DNA of 64,000 bases. Origin: an uncultured Verrucomicrobiae bacterium (GTDB lineage Bacteria; Verrucomicrobiota; Verrucomicrobiia; Palsa-1439). Below are positions 53,743-64,000 of this stretch, piece by piece (position 1 is the first letter of the stretch; the number at the start of each line of letters is the position of its first letter). Both the position numbers and the translations under genes were made by a program. The stretch is taken from positions 1 through 64,000 of the forward strand of contig CAWEWF010000002.1 in NCBI GenBank assembly GCA_963812605.1, read 5' to 3'. The notes beneath the pieces were generated by a model, which was not told the DNA's origin, did not search any database, and saw nothing but the letters and a program-made list of their open reading frames with translations.

Positions 53743-54324
53743 GTGAAACTTGCCGACATGCAAGGCCTGATTTGGGCGATCATTGTCGTGGTAGTTGCCC
53801 TCGTCAAAGGCCTGACGAAACTGGCGAAGCCGGCTGATGAAGACACGGCTGACTCGGTCGAGACGCCGCCGGTGGCCGCCCCAAGGCCGTCGCGTCCGCG
53901 GCCACAACCACGCCCACAACCGCAGCCACGTCCGCCGGTTGTGCCCGCCCCGCGGCTCCCTCCGCCGCTCCAGCGGACTGCGGCGCCTCTGGGCCCTCGT
54001 CCTGTTGCTGCGCCGGCGGGTGAAGCTAGAAAAATCGATGCGGATCAGATCCGCCGCTTTATCGAACAGCTAAGTGGCCAGACCGCAGCGCCGCCACCGG
54101 TTGCTGCGCCACCCGTTCCCACTGCGGCGCCTCCTTCTCTGCCTCCGCAACCAGAGGCCGTCCTGGACACGACAGACCCAAAACAAACGATTGCAGACGC
54201 ACCGGCACCGGCGCAACCCTCCCGCGCCACGCAATGGGCGCAAGCCTTGCGCGATCGACAGAACGTCCGTAACATCGTTATCGCCGCTGAAATCATCGGT
54301 CCGCCCAGAGGCGAGTCAGCGTAG
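53743..54324 (+). CDS. Pro-rich membrane-anchored protein (YqfB position)
   Basis: N-terminal TM; C-terminal IVIAAEIIGPPR. Confidence 0.75.
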   Translation: MKLADMQGLIWAIIVVVVALVKGLTKLAKPADEDTADSVETPPVAAPRPSRPRPQPRPQPQPRPPVVPAPRLPPPLQRTAAPLGPRPVAAPAGEARKIDADQIRRFIEQLSGQTAAPPPVAAPPVPTAAPPSLPPQPEAVLDTTDPKQTIADAPAPAQPSRATQWAQALRDRQNVRNIVIAAEIIGPPRGESA

Positions 54325-54395
54325 TCAGCTCGCCGTTTGGCGCTCGAATGACAATTGCATGACAACTAATAGGGTTGCCTATTAGTTTGGTTTTT

Positions 54396-54412
54396 TTGGC
54401 ATTTCCAGTGCT
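54396..54412 (+). promoter_or_regulatory. Possible sigma54 promoter
   Basis: TTGGCATTTCCAGTGCT (GG-N10-GC) upstream of the pilin gene. Confidence 0.35.
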
Positions 54413-54474
54413 GCCAAATCTCTCCCGTAGGAACAGCAATAATTAACGTGATGCATAAAGGATTAGAGGGAATT

Positions 54475-54858
54475 ATGGCTTACGGTACTCTCAAACGGGA
54501 TAACCAGGGTTTTACCCTGGTGGAAATAATGATAGTCGTCGCAATTATTGGATTGTTGGCCGCGTTGGCGATCCCAGCGTTTGTCAAGGCGCGCAAACAA
54601 TCGCAGGGACGCCGCATTCTGAACGATTGCCGCCAGATGGATTCGGCCATCAACCAATGGGCTCTCGAAACCGGCCAGACGGATGGCAACACGATCGATA
54701 CCGTCGCCTCGCAGAGTTACCTGAAGACTGCGTGGAACACGGTTGATTTGCTCGGCAATACTTACAGCCTGACCGTGGTTGGCTCCACCCAAATCTCGGT
54801 CAACACCTCGACCAAGTCGTCCCTGGATGGTGTGGGCATCGACTGGGGCGCGTATTGA
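54475..54858 (+). CDS. Type IV pilin/pseudopilin
   Basis: GFTLVEIMIVVAIIGLLAALAIP. Confidence 0.92.
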   Translation: MAYGTLKRDNQGFTLVEIMIVVAIIGLLAALAIPAFVKARKQSQGRRILNDCRQMDSAINQWALETGQTDGNTIDTVASQSYLKTAWNTVDLLGNTYSLTVVGSTQISVNTSTKSSLDGVGIDWGAY

Positions 54859-55079
54859 TGATTCATCGGTGACCTTGTCGTGGCACGCTGCGACGCGCGG
54901 GAGCAAGGGGAACCCAGCACGCCGCAGCGTCGTCACGCGATTGAGCCCTCCACGATTCCGGGGGCAGTGCCAGAGCGGTCCTCTGTCAGCGGTGTAACAT
55001 TCCGCGTGTGAATCGGCTTGCTCTCGGTCTCCGAATTCCGTATTCGGATGCGGTGCTTATCCATCGACAGGGGGGCCTT

Positions 55080-55943
55080 ATGAAAATCGGAGTCATTGGC
55101 GGCAGCGGGCTTTACGAAATGGAGAGTATCGAGCGAAAGCGCTGGAACCGCGTGACGACGCCGTTTGGCAAACCATCCGACCAATACCTGAGCGGGCGCA
55201 TCGGCGCGCGCGAGGTCGTGTTTCTGCCGCGCCACGGACGCGGCCACACGATTCTGCCCAGCGAACTGAATCATCGGGCGAACATCTATGGCATGAAGAA
55301 GCTGGGGGTCACCCACATTATCAGCGTTACTGCGGTTGGCTCCTTGAAGGAAGCGTACCGACCGACCGACATTGTGATCATCGACCAGTTCTTCGATCGC
55401 ACGAAGCGGAGTGAAGCCTTCACCTTTTTTGGCGACGGCATGGTGGCGCACATCGCGTTTGCCGACCCGATCTGCCGACGCGTGCAGCAGATACTCGCGG
55501 CCTGCGCCCAGCGCGCGGCGGCGAACGTCCACGTAGGGGGCACTTATGTGAATATGGAAGGACCAGCATTCTCAACGCGCGCCGAGTCGCAGTTTCACCG
55601 CCAGATGGGTTGGGACGTGATTGGCATGACGAACTATGGCGAGGCGCGGTGTGCGCGGGAGGCGGAGATTTGCTACGCGACGCTGGCCATGGTGACCGAC
55701 TATGATTGCTGGCACGAAGCCCACGAGGCCGTCACGGTGGAAATGGTCGTGGCCAACCTGAAGAAGAACTCGAAGACCGCGCAGGAAATTATTCGTCGCG
55801 CCGTGGCGGTGCTCGACCCGGCGGCGGATTGCACCTGCCGTCACGCGCTGGCGACGGCGATTATGACACATAACCAGGTCCTGCGGCCGGCTACGCGGAA
55901 GAAGCTGGGTTTGCTCCTCGAGAAGTATTCCTCAAAGAAGTAA
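55080..55943 (+). CDS. mtnP: S-methyl-5'-thioadenosine phosphorylase
   Basis: IGVIGGSGLY, RHGRGH, EGPAFSTRAES, IGMT and TDYDCW. Confidence 0.93.
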   Translation: MKIGVIGGSGLYEMESIERKRWNRVTTPFGKPSDQYLSGRIGAREVVFLPRHGRGHTILPSELNHRANIYGMKKLGVTHIISVTAVGSLKEAYRPTDIVIIDQFFDRTKRSEAFTFFGDGMVAHIAFADPICRRVQQILAACAQRAAANVHVGGTYVNMEGPAFSTRAESQFHRQMGWDVIGMTNYGEARCAREAEICYATLAMVTDYDCWHEAHEAVTVEMVVANLKKNSKTAQEIIRRAVAVLDPAADCTCRHALATAIMTHNQVLRPATRKKLGLLLEKYSSKK

Positions 55944-56149
55944 ATGAGGAGATGGGGCAACCACCTCTTTCAGTGCAACATGGGCGTTTGCGCGCGACGC
56001 CGGACGCTCACTATACCCAATGGAGGTCATAACAATAATGAGATTTGCCCAGGATCCGCGCACGAGCCTTTGCACTTCGCGCTTGTCGGCCCTCGATGAT
56101 ACCCCTACACTCCGTCGGATGCTCGAACGAAACTGCGAAAGGTTCACCC

Positions 56150-57301
56150 ATGAATAGCACTCGATACCGATTCTCGATGGCCACAATGGTTCGGATGGCC
56201 CTGTTGGCGGCCAGCCTGTTACTACCTGTCCACAGCAGCCGCGCAACTTCCATGGATGATTGGCCCGTCAAATTTCATCCGCACTTGGATCTCGGTTCGA
56301 CCTATAACGACAATATCACGATCTCCCACGATGACAAGCTCGGCGACTTTTCCTTTACAGTCAGCCCGGGATTACAGCTGGCCTACGGCAATGCCGATCA
56401 CAATTACTTGTCGCTCGATTACACGGCGGGAATCGAACGATTCTATCGTGACACGGAATTCGACGCCGTCAATCACTATGTCACCTTTCACAGTCTGTTC
56501 AGCTTCAGCCGGCTCAAACTGCAAATAGACCATGCGTTCAAGGATGAAGCCTCGGAAAACTTTCAGGCGGCTACGCGCATTAGGGAGGACCAAAACCTGA
56601 CCAGCATCAGCGCGGAATACAGCTTGAACCAGTATTTCTCGGTTGGCGCGCTGTACCATCAGGAATTCCACCATTTCCCAACTCCGGGGCAAATTGACTT
56701 TGAACTTTTTGAGCCGGGCGTGGCCTTGTACTATCATCTGTTGCCCAAGACGGATTTATTTGGGGAAGTCGATTATGGATGGGTCCTGGTGGCAAAGGGC
56801 GATGATGAACAATTCCAGAAAGTGAATGTTGGCGTGCGCGGCCAGATTACCAGCAAAATCAAGGGCCAACTCGAAGTCGGCTATGAAAATGATGATTTCG
56901 CCGGTTCCACTCCGAATATTGAAACCGTGGTCGCCAAGGTCACGTTGCATGCAGATTTTACGCGGCACACCTTCGCCGACCTCGTCGTCACGCGACAGGT
57001 CAATCCTTCGATTACCAATTCGGCCAGCTCCGTCACCACTACGCGCGCCGATTTTACGATCAACCAGAAAATCTACCGGGAAAAGTTTCTGGTCTACATC
57101 GGCGGCGCGTACGAACACGACGCTTACAGCGGTGTGAGCCGCACGGACGATATTTGGGAGGGACGCACGGGCGTCCGGTATTTCGCGACGAAGTGGCTGG
57201 ACTTTGGCGCGTCCTACCGCTACCAGCACGATGGATCGACGGTGAGCACAGTTTCGTTCGATCAGAACCTCGTGAGCGTCGATGCCCTTTTGCACTTCTG
57301 A
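56150..57301 (+). CDS. Outer-membrane beta-barrel protein (polysaccharide-export associated)
   Basis: Signal peptide, YNDNI motif, alternating beta strands and C-terminal Phe. Confidence 0.8.
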   Translation: MNSTRYRFSMATMVRMALLAASLLLPVHSSRATSMDDWPVKFHPHLDLGSTYNDNITISHDDKLGDFSFTVSPGLQLAYGNADHNYLSLDYTAGIERFYRDTEFDAVNHYVTFHSLFSFSRLKLQIDHAFKDEASENFQAATRIREDQNLTSISAEYSLNQYFSVGALYHQEFHHFPTPGQIDFELFEPGVALYYHLLPKTDLFGEVDYGWVLVAKGDDEQFQKVNVGVRGQITSKIKGQLEVGYENDDFAGSTPNIETVVAKVTLHADFTRHTFADLVVTRQVNPSITNSASSVTTTRADFTINQKIYREKFLVYIGGAYEHDAYSGVSRTDDIWEGRTGVRYFATKWLDFGASYRYQHDGSTVSTVSFDQNLVSVDALLHF

Positions 57302-57826
57302 TCACCAGCACCGAAGAAGTGTGTAGCCGAATGAACACCTTGGCCAAAATCTGGACAAGAAAGGGCCTTGCGACCGTCCTTTAGCCTGCCCGTTGGCGCA
57401 TCCTGGCGACTGTTTTGCCGCACTAACCCGCGTCCCTGAACTACTTTACAGCGCTGGGGCGTTGCCATAGCAACCCGGTAGAGGGAAAGACTCGCTTTTG
57501 GCACGCGGGCCGCTGATGATAAGTATTCTGGACGGAATGGGATACGGCGAATTTGCCCCCACGCAGGCTGGTTTGCGGTTGACGCGGTTTCGAAAACGAG
57601 CATAATTCAGTACAATCAAGCGGGGCGAACGCGGCCAACGCTACGGCCCGCAGTTGTTGGAATCAATTACGGTCTTCGATTGGCCGAGACTGGACGCGAG
57701 TGACGGACGAGTTATTTGATCGCTGGTGGCTGCATACGAACAGAATCGTTCCAAGAACATCGATCAGCCGAGTCCGTGCAGGAACATCAACGAGGTTTTT
57801 TGGTGCGTAGTTTGCTGAAGAAGCAT

Positions 57827-58546
57827 ATGGCAATGGCTGGACAGAATTTTTTTGAGGCACAAAAGTCAGCGCTCGCCCTCGCAGGTGGGGCATTGGGGCT
57901 CCTTCTCTGCCTGGCACTTGCGGCTTGCAGTTCGACCTCGACGCAGGTCAGCACGGTCACTCCTGCTGCGCCGCAACTTCCGCAAAGCGCGCCCGCTGTT
58001 TTACCGGATGCCCAAACAACCGCCAACAACCCGCCGTCCCTTCAAAACGATTATCGTATCCAGCCCCTGGACACGATCGATATCTCCGTTTTCAATGAAG
58101 CGGAGCTTTCCGTACAAAGACGCGTCTCGCCCCGAGGCTTCATTACGTATCCGATGGTGGGTCCGGTCCAGGTTGGCGGCCTGACCGTCGGGGAGACCGA
58201 AAGCAAACTCAAGGACTTGTTGGGACGCAGCTTCCTCGTCAATCCGCAGGTCACCATCTTGGTGAATCAAGCTACCAGCCGTCATATCGTCGTTCTCGGC
58301 CAGGTAAAATCACCGGGTTCCTATGACATTCCTTTTGAAGGGCTCACCTTGGTGCAGGCCATCGCGCGGGCGGGCGGATTCACCGATGTGGCGGCTACCG
58401 ACCGTGTTGTTGTGATCCGCTCTGAAAATGGCGAGGAAAAGAAGATCGTTGTCAATGTGGCCGCAATCATCAAGGGTGGAGACCGCGGCAAGGATCTCCA
58501 ACTGAAACCTGACGACGTTGTTTCCGTACCCGAAACCATTTTTTAA
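57827..58546 (+). CDS. Polysaccharide export lipoprotein (OPX/Wza-like)
   Basis: Lipobox LAAC; YRIQPLDTIDISVF; GQVKSPG; AIARAGGF. Confidence 0.9.
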   Translation: MAMAGQNFFEAQKSALALAGGALGLLLCLALAACSSTSTQVSTVTPAAPQLPQSAPAVLPDAQTTANNPPSLQNDYRIQPLDTIDISVFNEAELSVQRRVSPRGFITYPMVGPVQVGGLTVGETESKLKDLLGRSFLVNPQVTILVNQATSRHIVVLGQVKSPGSYDIPFEGLTLVQAIARAGGFTDVAATDRVVVIRSENGEEKKIVVNVAAIIKGGDRGKDLQLKPDDVVSVPETIF

Positions 58547-58551
58547 CACCC

Positions 58552-60675
58552 ATGGAAACGCTTATTCCTTATAACCCTAACGGGCAGCCGCGCGCTCACG
58601 GCGGACACCGACCCACGGGCGGGGTGCATTGGCAACATTACTTCCTGATGATCCTCGAACACAAATGGGTGGCGCTTTTCTCGTTTCTGACCGTGTTGGC
58701 GATCAATCTCATCTACACCTATCACCAGACTCCCGTTTACCGGGCAACCGCTGCGCTGGAGGTGGCCGCGGAAACGATGAAGGTACTGAACATTCAGGAT
58801 GTGTTGAGCACCGATACGCGCGACGAACAATACATCAATACGCAAATCAAGATTATGCAGAGCCGCACGCTCTGCGAGCAGGTCGTCCAGACATTGCAAT
58901 TGGACAAGAATCCCAGCTTTCTCGCGCATGCAGGCGCCCAAGCCGACCTCGCCGGGGCGCTCCAGTCATATCTCAGCGTCGAGCCGGAACGAAACACCTC
59001 CATTGTCGATATTCACGCGGATCACCCGGACCCGCAACTGGCGGCGGATCTCGCCGACGGGGTGGCTCAACAATTCATCAAGCAGAACCTCGAAAAGAAG
59101 ATGCTGGCCTCGACGGACGCCGTTCGCATGCTGCGCGAACAGGCTGACGAATACAAAATCAAGGTCGAAAAATCCGAATTGGCGCTGACCCAATACCGAC
59201 AACGCACGCAGTCCAGCGAAGAAAACCAGGCCAACGTGGTTGACAAGCTAAAGGACCTCAACAACGCCGTGACCCAGGCGCAGAAGACGCGCCTCGCCGC
59301 CGAAGCCGAATGGAACGGGATCAAAGCCCAGTTGGATGCCGGGCGCAGTGCGTCAGAAATACCGACCATTATGAACAACTCAAAGGTCAGTGATCTGCGC
59401 AAGCAATTGAACGACAAGCAAATTACCCTCGCCGTCCTGCGGGAGCGCTATCGCGAACAGCATCCGTCGATGGTCGCCATCCAGACGGAGCTGAACGAGA
59501 TTACGGATAAACTCACCAATGCCTGCAACGATGCCGTCGCAGCTGTGCAAGCCGAGTATTTAATGGCCAAAGCGAAGGAAGAAAGTCTGCAGAAGGCGCT
59601 CCACGAACAGGAACAGGAAGCGATGGTGATGGACGGCAAGCAGCCCGATTACAACATGCTCAAGCGCAACGCCGAGGCTGACCGCCAGCTTTACGACTCG
59701 ATCCTCACCCGCATCAAGGAAACCGGCGTTAACGATAAGTTGCAATTCAATAATATCCGGCTCATCGATCCTGTTCAGGTCCCGGGCGCTCCGTTCAAGC
59801 CGCAGAAAGGCCGCAACCTGGCAATCGGACTCTTCCTCGGCGTCAGCGCCGCTTTCGCCGCCTGCTATTTGCTCAACACGTTAGACGACAAGATCAAGAC
59901 CTACGAGGATATCGACTCGCTCGGACTGCCGCTACTCACGGGCGTGCCGCGCATCACTCTCAAGGACGCTTCGCAAAACGGCCGCGTGCTTCAAGCCGAC
60001 CCGCATTCCATCTCCGCCGAAGCATTTCGCAATTTGCGCGCGAGCATCAGCCTGAAGCCGGAGGCGAATTCGGCCAAGCCGCTGCTGGTCACCAGCACCG
60101 CGCCCGGGGAAGGCAAGTCCGTCGTCTCGGCCAACCTCGCGATTGCCTTCGCAGCCAACAAACAACGCACGCTGCTGATTGATTGCGATCTGCACCATCC
60201 GGTGCAACACCGGGTTTTCCCGTCCGATCCCGACAAGGGGATCTCACTTTACCTGACGAGCAATGCGACGCTGCCAGAGGTTGTCCAACCGACGGACATT
60301 CCCAATCTCGATGTGCTTCACGTTGGCAGCGTACCCCCCAATGCGACGGAATTGCTTGGGTCGGAGCGCATCCGCGAGCTGATCGCCGAGGCGTGCGAGC
60401 AATATGACCGCGTCGTCATCGACAGCCCGCCGGTCACCGCTGTCAGCGATCCGCTGGTGCTGCTGCCTTATGTGCAAGGGGTGATTTATGTCATCGGCTT
60501 TGGCAAGACTCGTCGTGAAATCGTCTCGCGCACCATGCAACGGCTGCGTGAGTGTGGTGCCCCGCTTGTCGGTGTGGTGATGAACAACATCGATCAGGAA
60601 CTGCACGGATTTTACTACTATCCGTACAAGTATTCCTACTATCACAAGAAGCGGAAGGGGAATGGCGCCGCGTAG
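58552..60675 (+). CDS. wzc: Wzc-like polysaccharide co-polymerase/tyrosine kinase
   Basis: Two TM segments, AEAFRNLR, PGEGKS, IDSPP and Tyr cluster YYYPYKYSYY. Confidence 0.92.
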   Translation: METLIPYNPNGQPRAHGGHRPTGGVHWQHYFLMILEHKWVALFSFLTVLAINLIYTYHQTPVYRATAALEVAAETMKVLNIQDVLSTDTRDEQYINTQIKIMQSRTLCEQVVQTLQLDKNPSFLAHAGAQADLAGALQSYLSVEPERNTSIVDIHADHPDPQLAADLADGVAQQFIKQNLEKKMLASTDAVRMLREQADEYKIKVEKSELALTQYRQRTQSSEENQANVVDKLKDLNNAVTQAQKTRLAAEAEWNGIKAQLDAGRSASEIPTIMNNSKVSDLRKQLNDKQITLAVLRERYREQHPSMVAIQTELNEITDKLTNACNDAVAAVQAEYLMAKAKEESLQKALHEQEQEAMVMDGKQPDYNMLKRNAEADRQLYDSILTRIKETGVNDKLQFNNIRLIDPVQVPGAPFKPQKGRNLAIGLFLGVSAAFAACYLLNTLDDKIKTYEDIDSLGLPLLTGVPRITLKDASQNGRVLQADPHSISAEAFRNLRASISLKPEANSAKPLLVTSTAPGEGKSVVSANLAIAFAANKQRTLLIDCDLHHPVQHRVFPSDPDKGISLYLTSNATLPEVVQPTDIPNLDVLHVGSVPPNATELLGSERIRELIAEACEQYDRVVIDSPPVTAVSDPLVLLPYVQGVIYVIGFGKTRREIVSRTMQRLRECGAPLVGVVMNNIDQELHGFYYYPYKYSYYHKKRKGNGAA

Positions 60676-60827
60676 CGCTCCTCGCGTGGAGCGGTGTAAG
60701 GTGTGCCGCGATGTGTTGCGGCCGACAAAGGAGTGAAGGAAGTTGGCCGGCATTCGCGTCGGAGCGCAGGCAATGCACCGGAATGGCGGCAGCTTGCCCG
60801 GACTGTACAAACACCGGTATTTAAGCA

Positions 60828-61400
60828 ATGTTTGATCCTGTGAACAATGAGGCCACTTCCCGACGGAATGCCGCGGCGGTCGATCCCCTGCCGAATGCGA
60901 CGCGCTGGCTGTGCGTCCATACGCGTCCACGCAAGGAAGCCGGCGCAGAACGGTACTGTCGCGAGGTGCTGGGCTTCGACACCTATTATCCGCGGCTCAA
61001 GCACCTCAAAACCATTCGTCGCGTCAAACGGTGGGTCGTCGGCCCCTTGTTTCCCCGCTACTTTTTCTGTCGTTTGAATCTGGCCCAAAGTTTCCGTGCC
61101 GTGCAATATGCGCCCCAAGTCGTCGGCGTCGTCAGCTTCGGCGGCCGCCCTACCCCTGTCGATGACACCATCATCGAGCAACTCCAGCAATGGGCGGGAG
61201 AGGCGGTTGACATCGTGACGGTGCGGCCCGGCTTTCACCCCGGCGATCTCGTCGAGATCGCGGATGGGCCGTTGCGTGGACTGCAGGCAGTCGTTCTACA
61301 GGAAATGAGCGACCGCGACCGCGTGGCCGTTCTGCTTTCAACCCTGGGTTGCCAGGCCCGGTTGATCGTCAGCCGTTCCCAACTCGTGGACGCGTCGTAG
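60828..61400 (+). CDS. RfaH/UpxY-like NusG paralogue antiterminator
   Basis: WLCVHTRPRKE, PLFPRYFF and GDLVEIADGPLRG. Confidence 0.9.
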   Translation: MFDPVNNEATSRRNAAAVDPLPNATRWLCVHTRPRKEAGAERYCREVLGFDTYYPRLKHLKTIRRVKRWVVGPLFPRYFFCRLNLAQSFRAVQYAPQVVGVVSFGGRPTPVDDTIIEQLQQWAGEAVDIVTVRPGFHPGDLVEIADGPLRGLQAVVLQEMSDRDRVAVLLSTLGCQARLIVSRSQLVDAS

Positions 61401-61471
61401 ACGCGGGCGGGCCGTTTCGAGACTGCTATTCCAGCGCCTGGTCGGGCTGCTTCGGCTGGCAGTATCTCAAT

Positions 61472-62323
61472 ATGACGCCATTGCCAGGTTCAACAACCAC
61501 TGACGCCGACTTCGATCTCATCATCGAACCGTCGCGCGGTTGGGTGTCGCTGCAACTACGCCCGCTCTGGGAATTCCGCGAGTTGTTGTATTTCCTCGTC
61601 TGGCGTGACATCAAAGTCCGCTACAAGCAAACCGTCCTGGGGGCAGCCTGGGCGATTCTTCAGCCGGTTTTTACCATGATTGTGTTTAGCGTGTTCTTTG
61701 GCCGTCTCGCCCGGGTCCCGTCGGATGGCCAGCCCTATCCCATTTTTTCCTTCGCCGCGCTCGTCCCCTGGACCTTCTTCTCAAACGGCCTGGTCGCTGC
61801 CGCCAACAGCCTTGTTGGCAACGCCAATCTTGTCAAAAAGGTCTATTTTCCCCGGCTTATCGTGCCCATCTCGGCTGTGCTCTCGGGCGCGGTCGATTTT
61901 GTGCTGGCGCTGGTCGTCCTCTTCGGGATGATGATTTACTATCACGTCTGGCCGACAATCCACATCGGTCTACTGCCCCTTTTTTCTCTGCTCGCCTTCG
62001 TTGCATCGCTGGGCGTGGGCTTGTGGTTGTCAGCCATGAACGTGCAGTTCCGCGATGTGCGCCACACGGTGAATTTTCTGGTGCAGGCCTGGTTGTTCGC
62101 CACGCCCATCGCCTACCCCAGCAGCCTGTTGCCCGAACCGTGGCGTTCGCTCTATGGCCTCAACCCGATGGCGGGTGTTGTCGAGGGTTTCCGCTGGGCC
62201 TTGCTCGGTACGCCGGCACCGGGCGCGATTATTTGGGTCTCAACGGCGGCGTCCGTGGTCGTCTTGGTCAGCGGCGCGTTCTACTTCCGCCGTATGGAAC
62301 GCATTTTCGCCGACACTGTATAG
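61472..62323 (+). CDS. wzm: Wzm ABC polysaccharide permease
   Basis: RDIKVRYKQTVLGAAWAILQP and LVKKVYFPR. Confidence 0.92.
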   Translation: MTPLPGSTTTDADFDLIIEPSRGWVSLQLRPLWEFRELLYFLVWRDIKVRYKQTVLGAAWAILQPVFTMIVFSVFFGRLARVPSDGQPYPIFSFAALVPWTFFSNGLVAAANSLVGNANLVKKVYFPRLIVPISAVLSGAVDFVLALVVLFGMMIYYHVWPTIHIGLLPLFSLLAFVASLGVGLWLSAMNVQFRDVRHTVNFLVQAWLFATPIAYPSSLLPEPWRSLYGLNPMAGVVEGFRWALLGTPAPGAIIWVSTAASVVVLVSGAFYFRRMERIFADTV

Positions 62324-62326
62324 CCG

Positions 62327-63598
62327 ATGAACAAAGTCGCTATTCGCGTCGAAAACCTCGGCAAAGCCTTTCGCATTGGAGCGCGGCAGGAGCGCTATCA
62401 GACCCTGCGCGATTCCCTGACACGCACGGTCACCTCGTCTTTCCATCGAGCAGCAGCGGTATGGCACGGACATGCGAGTGAAACCGACACGCATGAGATT
62501 TGGGCATTGCAAGGCGTCTCGATCGAGGTGCAGCGCGGCGAGGTCATTGGCATCATTGGCCGCAACGGCGCGGGCAAGAGCACGCTCCTGAAGGTTCTCT
62601 CTCGTATCACGGAGCCAACCCAGGGACGTGTGAGCATCAAAGGACGCGTCGGCAGCCTGCTGGAAGTCGGCACGGGTTTTCATCCCGAACTAACCGGGCG
62701 TGAGAACATCTACCTGAACGGCGCCATCCTCGGGATGCGCAAGACGGAGATCGGGAAGAAGTTCGACGAGATTGTGGATTTCGCGGAACTGGAAAGGTTT
62801 CTCGATACTCCCGTGAAGCATTACTCCAGTGGGATGTATACGCGCCTGGCATTCGCGGTCGCCGCACACCTGGAGACGGAGATCCTCCTGGTGGATGAGG
62901 TCCTTGCCGTCGGTGATGCTTCGTTTCAGCGAAAATGCCTGGGCAAAATGAGTGCGGTCGCCAAGCAAGGGCGGACGGTGGTATTCGTGAGCCATAATAC
63001 GGCGGCGATCCTTTCACTGTGTGGACGGGCAACCTGGCTGGATGCGGGAAAGGTCCGTGACGATGGTGAAACCAGCGCCGTTGTGCAGCAATACTTGAAA
63101 TCAATGAGCGCCACGGAAGGCGTGCCTCTCCAACAACGCACTGACCGCAAAGGCGATGGCAGTGCGCGGCTTGTCTCCCTGCGCATCGAGAGCGCCGATC
63201 CTGATCAGGTGATCCGGCCGGGCAGCCGCTGGAAGGTCAGCTTGCGATACCGGAGTGAGCAGCCGTTGCAGCGGGCGGACTTCTGTCTTTCTGTCTATGA
63301 TTACATTCTCGGCTGCCGAATCTTCGAACTCGACAGCGAAGTAACAGGCGGAATGACGGAGCCGTTGCCCGCGGAGGGCACCGTGACCTGCCTTACCGAC
63401 CCGGTAAACCTGAGCCCGGGACGTTGTTACGTAAATGCCACCCTGATGAAGAACGGAGTCGTGGCGGATTACATCCAGCACGCACTGAGTTTCGACGTCG
63501 AGATGGCGGATATCCATGGAACCGGAAAGATCCCAGCGCGCAACCACGTGATCAACGTAATCAAGCACCGTTGGTTCGCCGGAAACGGCACGCACTGA
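62327..63598 (+). CDS. wzt: Wzt ABC ATPase with C-terminal carbohydrate-binding domain
   Basis: GRNGAGKS, YSSGM and VDEVLAVGD, plus a ~170-aa C-terminal extension. Confidence 0.92.
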   Translation: MNKVAIRVENLGKAFRIGARQERYQTLRDSLTRTVTSSFHRAAAVWHGHASETDTHEIWALQGVSIEVQRGEVIGIIGRNGAGKSTLLKVLSRITEPTQGRVSIKGRVGSLLEVGTGFHPELTGRENIYLNGAILGMRKTEIGKKFDEIVDFAELERFLDTPVKHYSSGMYTRLAFAVAAHLETEILLVDEVLAVGDASFQRKCLGKMSAVAKQGRTVVFVSHNTAAILSLCGRATWLDAGKVRDDGETSAVVQQYLKSMSATEGVPLQQRTDRKGDGSARLVSLRIESADPDQVIRPGSRWKVSLRYRSEQPLQRADFCLSVYDYILGCRIFELDSEVTGGMTEPLPAEGTVTCLTDPVNLSPGRCYVNATLMKNGVVADYIQHALSFDVEMADIHGTGKIPARNHVINVIKHRWFAGNGTH

Positions 63599-63616
63599 CA
63601 CGGCGGCGAGGAGCGC

Positions 63617-64000
63617 ATGCGCGTTGGATTTTATGTCTATAACAGGTTTCACGATGCCATCTTGCGGCCGATCCATGAAACACTGCGTCCCCGGCACTGG
63701 TGTTTGTACACCGCCAACCGAGAAGCGCTTTTCGATTTTCAGCCCCATGTTGTGATCATGTCCGAGGCGATCTTTGGGGAGTTGCGACCGCGTCTGCCGA
63801 ACACGATCTTCGTCCACACGCGGCATGGACTGGTCAGCAAGATGGCGGCCTATCAGGGGGCCAATGAATGCGATTATCTGTGTGTGACAAGTGCTTTCAT
63901 GCGGGATTGGTATCAACAGGGCGGCACCAGACCGCGGCGGGACTTCTGGATTACCGGCTATGTGGGTTTGGACCCGCTCTTTCGTGGCGATTGCCGGGCG
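63617..64000 (+). CDS. CDP-glycerol glycerophosphotransferase-like protein (partial)
   Basis: Read by hand: MRVGFYVYNRFHDAILRP...VHTRHG...WITGY. Open to the window end. Confidence 0.5.
   Translation, partial: MRVGFYVYNRFHDAILRPIHETLRPRHWCLYTANREALFDFQPHVVIMSEAIFGELRPRLPNTIFVHTRHGLVSKMAAYQGANECDYLCVTSAFMRDWYQQGGTRPRRDFWITGYVGLDPLFRGDCRA

Noticed and set aside
52722-53846. Long antisense ORFs (also 5896-6558 and 49706-50518)
   Set aside because: Shadow frames of GC-rich genes with recognisable products on the other strand.

Overview
The window is bacterial DNA, probably Verrucomicrobiota-like (inferred from protein motifs, not verified). Positions 1 to ~46.6 kb are the right-hand part of an integrative conjugative element or genomic island. 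It contains a minus-strand VirB-type T4SS operon (virB2,3,4, lipoprotein, virB5, small ORF, virB6, virB8, virB9-like, running off the left edge) and a divergent stand-alone ClpB-D2-type AAA+ ATPase. A ~20 kb defence stack follows: Gabija; an HTH-SNF2/Abi_C/DUF1156/DUF499 BREX-related system; Hachiman; an orphan AAA ATPase. Next come a VirD4-like coupling protein, an stb/mob-like operon, a candidate oriT, a MOB-F relaxase, two regulators, a giant Ig/FN3 surface protein and an excisionase-like operon. The island ends in att-like repeats and a tRNA-Lys(TTT) gene cut at its anticodon loop. From ~47 kb the DNA is backbone: alcohol dehydrogenase, PstS, nfeD-nfeD-floA, pilin, MTA phosphorylase and a Wza/Wzc/RfaH/Wzm/Wzt polysaccharide locus. 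The most striking non-gene signal is one promoter architecture, TTGTTCCC-N4-GGGAACAA-N19-(-10)-N7/8-ATG, repeated in front of the pilin operon, the relaxase and the excisionase. It suggests an undescribed leaderless transfer regulon. Many island genes carry apparent single-base frameshifts, which may be sequencing indels.
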